This document shows, piece after piece, positions 1 to 7,744 of a DNA stretch of 16,463 nucleotides. How positions within the stretch are numbered: position 1 is the first letter of the stretch; every line of letters begins with the position of its first letter. Both the position numbers and the translations under genes were made by a program. Under the pieces are notes generated by a model, which worked only from the letters and a program-made list of their open reading frames with translations, was not told the DNA's origin and did not search any database. Source of the DNA: Promethearchaeota archaeon (GTDB taxonomy: Archaea > Asgardarchaeota > Lokiarchaeia > Sigyniarchaeales > SOKP01); assembly GCA_019058015.1 (NCBI GenBank), contig JAHLWH010000155.1, positions 1 to 16,463 of the forward strand, read 5' to 3'.

Positions 1-1
1 A

Positions 2-166
2 AAAATCTCGCAAAATAGAGTCAATGAATTAATTGAAACAGGTGCAAATATAATCGTTACGGCTTGCCCACTTTGTGAATTAGGATTAGAAAAAGGAATT
101 GACGAGAATAATAAAAAGAAAATTAAAATAATAGACTTAACTGAATTAATTGTAAAAGTTATATAA
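2..166 (+). CDS. C-terminal fragment of a CCG-domain (Fe-S)-binding oxidoreductase subunit (GlpC/HdrD/GlcF-like); truncated by window start
   Basis: Hand translation of frame 2 gives KISQNRVNELIETGANIIVTACPLCELGLEKG...IKIIDLTELIVKVI*. The GA-x-IIVTACPxC and 'DLTEL' end are typical of CCG domains. Not in the ORF track. Confidence 0.8.
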   Translation, partial: KISQNRVNELIETGANIIVTACPLCELGLEKGIDENNKKKIKIIDLTELIVKVI

Positions 167-189
167 ATTTCAAAAGAAAATATAAAAAT

Positions 190-1737
190 GTGATAAAAAT
201 GGATACATATATTTTATGCCTTGATATTGGCACAACTAATATAAAAGCTTTCCTTTTTGATAAAAATGGTGAAATTTTTGCTCAAGCTAAAAGAAAACCT
301 AAGTATATTATGGAAAAAAAAGGGCAAGTAGAGCAGGATCCAAAAGAAATCTGGGAATTAAGCAAACAAGTTATGGAAGAAGTTATAAAATCAAATAATT
401 TAAGTCCCGAGAATATAGCAGCAATTGGTATTACTACTCAGAGAGCTTCCTTTCTTTTCTGGGACAAAAATACTGGAAAAGTTTATTCTAATATTATCAC
501 TTGGCAAGATAAACGATGTGCATTATATACTGAGAAAAAAAATAAAGGTTTCTATTTTAGATTTTTACGAGGTATAACAAAATTTATCTATTTATTTTCG
601 CGGAGTATTAGGTTATTAACTTTTTCAACAATAAAATTCACTACTGACCATACATCTATGAGAACTGGATATTTTCTCGAAACTCATCCAGAAGTTAAAG
701 AATTAATTAGTAATCCCAAGACTAACATAATATGGGGTACAATAGATACTTGGATTTTATGGAATTTAACCGAAGGAAGAGTTCATGCTACAGATTATAC
801 AAATGCTCATACAGGCTTGTTAGATCCTTTTAAATTAGTATGGAATCCTTTATATTTAAAACCGCTTGGAATTCCAGAATATATATTACCAGAAATTAGA
901 GATACTAGAGGAGATTTCGGAAAAACAAAAATTTTTGGCGGCGAAATACCCATTACATGTTTAATTGGAGATCAAATGGCTAGTTTATTCGGACAGTGCT
1001 GTTTTAACGAAGGATCAATGAAAGTTACAAATGGTACGGGCTCATTTGTAGATCTTAATACAGGACAAAAATGTTGTGCTTCAAAAAGAAAATTATACCC
1101 ATTAATTGCTTGGCATATCAATGAACAAACTACTTATATGACGGAAGGAATGTCTCATAACGCAGGTAATATCATAGATTGGTTGCAGAATGAACTGGGA
1201 CTATATAATGATCCCTCCGAAACAGAAAAAATGGCATTAAGTGTGGATTCAACAGATGGTGTTTATTTTTTACCAACATTTACAACAGGCCTATCTTTTC
1301 CTTATTGGTCTGAAACCAAGGGTAATATTTTTGGTATAAATCTTGGTACAAAAAAAGAACACATAATTCGTGCTGTTTTAGAAGGATTTTGTTTTCGAAT
1401 AAAGGACATCGTTGAAGGAATTATTAAAGACACAAAAATTCAAATAGAAAAAATAAAAGCTGATGGGGGAGTATCTCAAAATAAATTTCTTCTTCAGTTT
1501 TTAAGCGATATATTAGAAATGGATGTTGAACATACAGGTAACCATGAAACTACTGCATTAGGTGCTACTTTTATGGCTGGATTAGCAGTTGGGTTTTGGA
1601 AGTCTGAAGATGAACTCCTACAGATTAGAAAAGTAGAAAAGACCTATAAACCTCAGATGACAGAAGAAGAACGTAGTAAGAAATATACATGTTGGAAGGA
1701 TATAGTGAAAAGATCTCTTAATTATGAAAATTTTTAA
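190..1737 (+). CDS. FGGY-family kinase, glycerol kinase 5 (GK5)-like
   Basis: Motifs LDIGTT, VEQDP, GITTQRAS, ITWQD, GTIDTW, ATDYTNA, GDQ, GTGSF, RAVLEG, ADGGVSQN, TALGA..AGLAVGFW. The amphipathic insert after WQD is GK5-like. ATG at 199 is an alternative start. Confidence 0.9.
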   Translation: MIKMDTYILCLDIGTTNIKAFLFDKNGEIFAQAKRKPKYIMEKKGQVEQDPKEIWELSKQVMEEVIKSNNLSPENIAAIGITTQRASFLFWDKNTGKVYSNIITWQDKRCALYTEKKNKGFYFRFLRGITKFIYLFSRSIRLLTFSTIKFTTDHTSMRTGYFLETHPEVKELISNPKTNIIWGTIDTWILWNLTEGRVHATDYTNAHTGLLDPFKLVWNPLYLKPLGIPEYILPEIRDTRGDFGKTKIFGGEIPITCLIGDQMASLFGQCCFNEGSMKVTNGTGSFVDLNTGQKCCASKRKLYPLIAWHINEQTTYMTEGMSHNAGNIIDWLQNELGLYNDPSETEKMALSVDSTDGVYFLPTFTTGLSFPYWSETKGNIFGINLGTKKEHIIRAVLEGFCFRIKDIVEGIIKDTKIQIEKIKADGGVSQNKFLLQFLSDILEMDVEHTGNHETTALGATFMAGLAVGFWKSEDELLQIRKVEKTYKPQMTEEERSKKYTCWKDIVKRSLNYENF

Positions 1738-1756
1738 AAATTTTAATTTTTTTTTC
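1738..1756 (+). terminator. Putative archaeal oligo-T terminator after the kinase gene
   Basis: TTTTAATTTTTTTTT tract immediately after the stop codon. Confidence 0.4.
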
Positions 1757-1985
1757 TAAAATAATTTAGAATAATTACCAAAAAATGAGTAAATTTTAAT
1801 CAGCTTTTAATTTCATTTTAATATCTTTTCTCCAAAAAAAAAACCGAAATAATAGTAATTATTTTTAAAATTATTGTTTTGCTCACATTTTAAAACTATT
1901 TACGATTTTAATCCATGATTTCAATAAAATATTTTTAATATCAAATATTTTTTATAATAGAATTGAAAAAAGAAAAGAAGAAGTT

Positions 1986-2816
1986 ATGCCATTCTTTCGA
2001 AATAAGGATTCTCTAAGCATTTATTTTGAGGATATCAATGACGATCCTAAGAATTTCCCCATTATACTTTTACACGGCCAAGCTTCTTCTGTTATTTTCT
2101 TCAAACATCAAATCTCATTTCTAAAGAAAAAAAAATTCCGGTCAATTTGTATAGATCCCATAGGTTTAGGACGTAGTTTTAAGCCAATTAGCATAAATCT
2201 AAAGGATCATTTAAGGGAAACTTATATAAGAGACATTGAAGATTTATTAAAACATTTAAAAATTAATAACAAATTTGGTATTTTAGCCCATTCTTTAGTT
2301 GGTGGCATGATAGCTCAAATTTTCACTAAAAAACATCCTGATAAAGTTAAATTCTTAATTCTTTTAAACTCTGGAGATTTAATGATTGATAACGACATCC
2401 GAAGTTCATTTTGGAATGTTTTACCTTACCATGTCAGAATTAATTTCCTCCAGATTGTAGAAAATTCTCTTGATGACGTTTTAAACCGCACAATCCCATT
2501 TATAAAGCTAGCTTTTACGGAAGATCCTGTTTATAAAGATTACAGTGACCAAGAATTGGAGGAAATCATCGAAGAAGAAATATTCAATATGGTAAAAGAA
2601 GCAAAAAGCTTTGATCCTTCTGACATTAAATGTCCTACGTTGATTGTGAGTGGGATGTTAGATAATTACAGTCCTTTGACTTTTTCTGAAAGGTTAGCAG
2701 AAAAGATACCTAATTCTGAATTGATTGCAGTAGAATTTGCTGGGCATCTTGCTCCATCACAAATCTATGAAGAGATAAATGGTCATATTGGCAATTTTCT
2801 TAAAAAAATAGACTAA
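1986..2816 (+). CDS. Alpha/beta-fold hydrolase
   Basis: IILLHG oxyanion region, D-x-x-GLGRS, nucleophile elbow AHSLVGG, acid region IKCPTLIVSGMLD, and catalytic His in AGHL. Confidence 0.9.
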   Translation: MPFFRNKDSLSIYFEDINDDPKNFPIILLHGQASSVIFFKHQISFLKKKKFRSICIDPIGLGRSFKPISINLKDHLRETYIRDIEDLLKHLKINNKFGILAHSLVGGMIAQIFTKKHPDKVKFLILLNSGDLMIDNDIRSSFWNVLPYHVRINFLQIVENSLDDVLNRTIPFIKLAFTEDPVYKDYSDQELEEIIEEEIFNMVKEAKSFDPSDIKCPTLIVSGMLDNYSPLTFSERLAEKIPNSELIAVEFAGHLAPSQIYEEINGHIGNFLKKID

Positions 2817-2853
2817 TAATAAATTTTTTTAAATATTATTTTTTGTGTTTATT

Positions 2854-3249
2854 ATGAATTTAGAAAAAAGCAGTATTATTTTTAATGATAGTCTTCAAAC
2901 AATTTCTTTTTTAAAAAAAGAGGTCGAAAAATTTGTAAAAGAAAGAAAATGGAATAAATACCATACTCCAAAAGAATTAGCACAAGCAATATCCATTGAA
3001 AGTGCAGAATTATTAGAACTCTTTCTTTTTAAAAGCCCCTCTCTAGAAGAAATCTTGAATAATTCCGATTTTTTTTCAAAGATATCTGAAGAATTTGCTG
3101 ATATCTTCATTTATCTTCTTAGTTTTGCAAATGCAATTAATTTAGATATCTCTTCTGCTTTTCAAAAAAAAATGGAAAAAAATCGCAAAAAATATCCGTT
3201 AAGTGAGTTTTCTAATGGTACATATAAAAAAAAAGAGTCTTTTAAATAA
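2854..3249 (+). CDS. MazG-like nucleotide pyrophosphohydrolase (dCTP pyrophosphatase-like)
   Basis: FVKERKWNKYHTPKELAQAISIESAELLELF...EEFADIFIYLL...KKMEKNRKKYP matches the MazG-like/DCTPP1 pattern. ATG 2854 was chosen over GTG 2845. Confidence 0.9.
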   Translation: MNLEKSSIIFNDSLQTISFLKKEVEKFVKERKWNKYHTPKELAQAISIESAELLELFLFKSPSLEEILNNSDFFSKISEEFADIFIYLLSFANAINLDISSAFQKKMEKNRKKYPLSEFSNGTYKKKESFK

Positions 3250-3296
3250 TTACCACTTGATTAATAATCTACCTTTTAAGGCATAACAAATAAAAT

Positions 3297-4274
3297 ATGA
3301 ATGAAATGATCGATGACATCTTATATGAACAAATTAGATACACTCTAAAAGAAACTAATTTTCCAAAATTAGGGAAAAAGTATCAAGGAAAGGTGAGAGA
3401 TAATTATTCTAAAGAAGGTATTAGAATTATTATCGCTACTGATAGGTTGTCATCCTTTGACCGAGTTATCACTACTATTCCATTTAAGGGACAAATTTTA
3501 AATCAGCTCTCATCATTTTGGTTCGAAAAATCAAAAAATATAGCAAGAAATCATTTAATTTCTGTTCCGGATCCTAATGTTTCAGTTGTTCATGAATGCA
3601 AGACAGTTCCAATAGAAATGGTGATTCGTGGTTATATTACTGGAAGCTTGTGGCGTGCTTATCAAAAAGGAGAAAAATTCTCTGGGATTGAATTTCCAAA
3701 AGGATTAAGAAAGAATCAAAAATTTGATGAACCAATAATTACACCCTCAACTAAAGAAATACATGGTCATGATATATCTCTCTCTAAAAAGGAAATTTTA
3801 GATAAAAATTTGGTCTCAAAATCCATTTATGAACAGATGGAAGAAGATACCATTAAATTATTTGAATTTGGGCAAAATTTCAGTAAAAAAAATAATCTAA
3901 TATTAGTAGACACAAAGTATGAATTTGGATTAAAGGATGATGAGCTTTTAGTTATTGATGAGATTCATACACCTGATTCATCAAGATTTTGGATTGCTGA
4001 TACATATGAAGAATTATTTGGTAAATCTGAGGAACCTGAAATTCTTGATAAAGAATTTTTTAGAGGTTGGCTTATGGAAACATTTCCGGAGATATTTCCT
4101 AACATTAAGCCAGATGAAAAAATCCCTGAAATTCCAGACAGGATAAAAATAAAGTTAGCTAAACGTTATATTAACAATTTCGAAAGAATAATTGGGGTGC
4201 AATTTAATCCTGATACTAAAAAGGATCCTATTGAACGAATTAAAGATAATTTAAAAAATGCTGGTTATTTATAA
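3297..4274 (+). CDS. purC: Phosphoribosylaminoimidazolesuccinocarboxamide (SAICAR) synthase, long type
   Basis: GKVRDNY, TDRLSSFD, IPFKGQILN, PIEMVIRGYITGS, TPSTK, LVDTKYEFG, DEIHTPDSSRFW, LDKEFFR. Confidence 0.97.
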   Translation: MNEMIDDILYEQIRYTLKETNFPKLGKKYQGKVRDNYSKEGIRIIIATDRLSSFDRVITTIPFKGQILNQLSSFWFEKSKNIARNHLISVPDPNVSVVHECKTVPIEMVIRGYITGSLWRAYQKGEKFSGIEFPKGLRKNQKFDEPIITPSTKEIHGHDISLSKKEILDKNLVSKSIYEQMEEDTIKLFEFGQNFSKKNNLILVDTKYEFGLKDDELLVIDEIHTPDSSRFWIADTYEELFGKSEEPEILDKEFFRGWLMETFPEIFPNIKPDEKIPEIPDRIKIKLAKRYINNFERIIGVQFNPDTKKDPIERIKDNLKNAGYL

Positions 4275-4415
4275 TTTTTAGATGAAAAAACTATTGAATT
4301 GATAAGAATCTTGATTGGGATCATTCTGGAATTTCTTTTTTTTAATTAAATCTTTCAAATAATTAAAGATTTTTGTCGTTGTAAGATGCTCTTTAAAATC
4401 ATTTTATTTTTCCTT

Positions 4416-4444
4416 TAATAAAAACTAATAAAAATTAATAAAAA
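4416..4444. repeat. Three direct TAATAAAAA repeats with exact 10-bp period upstream of purS
   Basis: TAATAAAAA at 4416, 4426 and 4436, separated by single C and T bases. Confidence 0.7.
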
Positions 4445-4504
4445 GTATTGAGTATATTTTTAATTATCAGAATCTTGAAAATTTTCATAAAAAAATAGAA
4501 TATC

Positions 4505-4768
4505 ATGGAATATATTGTAGAAGTAGTATTAGAAAATAAGCCAGCTGCACGGGATCCAGTGGGTTCCACTATTCAGAAAGATCTGATGGCTAAGCAAGGA
4601 TATGATATGGTTTCAAATGTCAGAACAGGGCAATATTTAAGGATTTATGTAAAAGCCGAAAATGAGCAATTGGCAGAAAAACTCGTGGAAAAAATGTGTA
4701 ATGATCTCAGGATTTTTAATCCAGTGACCCAAAATCTAACAGTTCTAAGTGTTAAAAAGAAAAATTAA
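4505..4768 (+). CDS. purS: FGAM synthase subunit PurS
   Basis: 87 aa with K-x-x-x-x-DP-x-G-x-TI, VRTG and the C-terminal L-x-x-x-NPV; lies directly before purQ. Confidence 0.93.
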   Translation: MEYIVEVVLENKPAARDPVGSTIQKDLMAKQGYDMVSNVRTGQYLRIYVKAENEQLAEKLVEKMCNDLRIFNPVTQNLTVLSVKKKN

Positions 4769-4785
4769 AAAATATTTTTAAAAAA

Positions 4786-5496
4786 ATGAATATAAGAATT
4801 GCTGTTATCCAATTCCCAGGATCAAATTGCGATCGTGATGCAACTCATGTATTAAACAATGTTATTGGCATCCAAGCGGATTTGATTTGGCACACTAATT
4901 TTAAAGAAAGAAAATATGATGGTTGTATTCTTCCAGGTGGTTTTTCTTTCGGGGATTATTTACGTGGCGGAATTATAGCAGCTCATAGTCCTGCTGTAAA
5001 GGAAGCTGAAATAATGCTTAAAGATGGACGTCCTGTATTAGGGATTTGCAATGGTTTTCAAATTCTTACAGAAGCTGAATTTTTACCTGGTGCACTTTTA
5101 AGAAATAATACTTTAAAATTTGAATGTAAGTGGGTTCATATAAGGGTTGAAAATAATGAAACGGCATTTTCAAATCAAATGAAAAAAAAAGAGATAATGG
5201 ATATTCCCATTGCTCATAGTGAAGGCAGATACTTTTACGATAATTTAAAAGAATTATATGATAATGATCAAATCGTTTTTAAATATGTTTCAAAGGAGGG
5301 GCTTCTTAATGAAGAATCAAATCCAAATGGCTCATTCGATAACATTGCTGGAGTTTGCAATTTAGAACGAAACTGTGTTGGCTTAATGCCTCATCCTGAA
5401 AGAGCTTCAGAGGAAATCTTAAGCCCATTTAAGAATACTCATGGGATAAAATTATTTAATTCAATGGTCAATTTTATAAAATCTAAAGTGATTTAA
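4786..5496 (+). CDS. purQ: FGAM synthase glutaminase subunit PurQ
   Basis: FPGSNCD, LPGGFSFGDYLR, GICNGFQIL (catalytic Cys), PIAHSEGRY, NPNGS, GLMPHPER (His/Glu). Confidence 0.98.
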   Translation: MNIRIAVIQFPGSNCDRDATHVLNNVIGIQADLIWHTNFKERKYDGCILPGGFSFGDYLRGGIIAAHSPAVKEAEIMLKDGRPVLGICNGFQILTEAEFLPGALLRNNTLKFECKWVHIRVENNETAFSNQMKKKEIMDIPIAHSEGRYFYDNLKELYDNDQIVFKYVSKEGLLNEESNPNGSFDNIAGVCNLERNCVGLMPHPERASEEILSPFKNTHGIKLFNSMVNFIKSKVI

Positions 5497-5500
5497 TCAT

Positions 5501-7744
5501 ATGCCCATAGTTGAGAATGAAGGAGAAACGGTTGAGGTTGATTTAACAGAAGAAGAGATAAAAAAGATTAAATCACTTCTTGGAAGAGACCCATATATTA
5601 CAGAATGGGGTATGTTTGATGTAATGGGAAGTGAGCATTGTTCTTATAAATCTTCTCGCCCTAAATTAAAATTATTTGAGCCTGCAGAAGAGAATTATGA
5701 TTATGTTTTAGCGGGTCCCGGACAAGATGCTGGTGTTGTTGATATTGGTGACGATTATTGCATAGCATTTCGAATTGAATCTCATAATCATCCTTCTGCA
5801 ATAGAGCCATATCATGGTGCAGCTACGGGTATTGGGGGCATAATTAGAGATATTTTATGTATGGGTATGCGCCCAATAGCATTATTAGATCCACTTCGAT
5901 TTGGAAGATTAAAAAATAATTCTCATTCTCAATGGCTACTAAAATATGTTGTAAAGGGAATTGCAGATTATGGAAATTGTACTGGAATTCCTACAATTGG
6001 TGGAGAAGTTGAATTTGACCATAGTTTTGAAAATAATTGCTTAGTAAATGTAGCATGTATTGGTGTTGGTAAAGTTGAAGATTTGGCTCCAAGTAGAGCA
6101 TCAAAACCTGGAGATTATGCTGTATTAATGGGAAATTCAACTGGGAGAGATGGTATTCATGGAGTTACTTTTGCTTCCAGAACTTTAACAGAACAAAGTG
6201 AATCAGATCGACCAGCGGTTCAAATTGCAGATCCTTTTAGTAAAAAATTAATTATTGAGGCAACGGTTGAGGCGGTTAAGACTGGATATATAAGAGGATT
6301 AAAAGATTTGGGAGGTGGGGGACTTTCTTGTGCTTCAAGTGAGTTAACGGGAGATGGAGGTACTGGGATAGAATTTGATGTCAATAAAGTTTTTACTCGT
6401 GAACCAAACATGACTCCATTTGAGATAATGCTTTCAGAATCTCAAGAAAGAATGATGTTTATTGTAAAAGCTGAAGGCTTAGAGACTATTCTTGAAATAT
6501 TTAAAAAATATGAAACCCCTTATGCTGTATTAGGAAAAATTAATAATTCAAAACTATTAAGAGTTAAAAATGCGGATAAGATAGTAGTTGAACTAGATCC
6601 CACTCTATTATCAGATTTTCCTGTTATTATTAGAGAAGAGAAACGCCCAGAGTTTCTGAATGATTTAATTAATCAGAAAACTCCTGAAAGGACATTAAAA
6701 TTTGATGGGATAATATATCGGTTAATTGCATCCGAAAATATTTGTAGTAAAGAATGGATTTATAGACAATACGATCATGAAGTAGGCGTACGATCAGTAG
6801 TAAAATGTGGAGATGGAGATTCGGGCGTATTAAGAATAATTGGAACAAATAAATTTATATCTGGTAGCGCTGGGTGTAATTCTAAACATTGTTTTCTCGA
6901 TCCGTATGAAGGAGCAAAAGGTGCAGTAGTCGAAATTGGATGTAATATTGTTTCTAATGGCTTAAAACCTATTGCAATGGTTAATTGCTGTAATTTTGGC
7001 AATCCTGAGAAGCCAACATCTTTTTGGTATTTCTCTGAATGTGTTAAAGGTATGGCAGATAGCATAAAATTTTTTAATATCCCTTGTGTTGGGGGAAATG
7101 TTTCTTTTTATAATGAGGATGAAGTTCTTCAAAAAGTAATTAAACCAACACCTATTATCATGCTTTTAGGGTATATTGAAGGTCAAGAAAATATAATCAC
7201 ATTACCTTTTAAAAAAGCAGGAAATCCAATCTTTTTAATTGGAGAAACAAAAAATGAATTAGGGGGTTCGGAATATCATTCAGTTATTTACAATATTGAA
7301 GGAGGCACTCCACCAAAAGTCAATCTCGATTCCACTAAAAGAACTTGGGACTTTCTATTGGAAGTCAATAAAAAAGGCTATATTAGATCTGTTCATGATG
7401 TTAATAAGGGTGGATTTTTAATTACTATTTTAGAAATGAGTTTTCCAAATGAATTAGGAGCTGATCTAAATCTTTATGATTGTTTTGATAAAGATTTAAC
7501 TTCCGAACAATTTTTATTTAGTGAGTCGGTTGGAAGATTCATAATAGAAGTAGACGCTGATAAAATAAAAGAATTTATAGCATTAATTGAAAAGAATAAA
7601 CTCTATTTTAAAGAAATTGGAGTCATTATTGAAGAAATGCAAATTAAGATTAAAAGACTTGAAGAAAATTTTAATTTAGATATTATGATAGCAAAAAATT
7701 TATTCAATTCAACATTACCTAGAATCATGGAAGGAGATATGTGA
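5501..7744 (+). CDS. purL: FGAM synthase subunit PurL (small type)
   Basis: SEHCSYKSS, ESHNHPSAIEPYHGAATGIGGIIRD, TGRDGIHG, DLGGGGL, MLSESQERM, QYDHEVG, NFGNPE, GGNVSFYN, FSES. Confidence 0.98.
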   Translation: MPIVENEGETVEVDLTEEEIKKIKSLLGRDPYITEWGMFDVMGSEHCSYKSSRPKLKLFEPAEENYDYVLAGPGQDAGVVDIGDDYCIAFRIESHNHPSAIEPYHGAATGIGGIIRDILCMGMRPIALLDPLRFGRLKNNSHSQWLLKYVVKGIADYGNCTGIPTIGGEVEFDHSFENNCLVNVACIGVGKVEDLAPSRASKPGDYAVLMGNSTGRDGIHGVTFASRTLTEQSESDRPAVQIADPFSKKLIIEATVEAVKTGYIRGLKDLGGGGLSCASSELTGDGGTGIEFDVNKVFTREPNMTPFEIMLSESQERMMFIVKAEGLETILEIFKKYETPYAVLGKINNSKLLRVKNADKIVVELDPTLLSDFPVIIREEKRPEFLNDLINQKTPERTLKFDGIIYRLIASENICSKEWIYRQYDHEVGVRSVVKCGDGDSGVLRIIGTNKFISGSAGCNSKHCFLDPYEGAKGAVVEIGCNIVSNGLKPIAMVNCCNFGNPEKPTSFWYFSECVKGMADSIKFFNIPCVGGNVSFYNEDEVLQKVIKPTPIIMLLGYIEGQENIITLPFKKAGNPIFLIGETKNELGGSEYHSVIYNIEGGTPPKVNLDSTKRTWDFLLEVNKKGYIRSVHDVNKGGFLITILEMSFPNELGADLNLYDCFDKDLTSEQFLFSESVGRFIIEVDADKIKEFIALIEKNKLYFKEIGVIIEEMQIKIKRLEENFNLDIMIAKNLFNSTLPRIMEGDM

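Noticed and set aside
1727-1744. Palindrome AAAATTTTTAAAAATTTT at the kinase stop
   Set aside because: Pure A/T homopolymer runs, expected by chance at this composition.
2895-3110. 71-aa minus ORF
   Set aside because: Antisense shadow of the MazG-like gene with no motifs.
3955-4146. 63-aa alternative-frame ORF
   Set aside because: Entirely inside purC with no independent support.
6220-7065. Two minus ORFs (6220-6411 and 6775-7065)
   Set aside because: Antisense shadows of purL. The Pro/Ser richness mirrors Gly codons on the sense strand.
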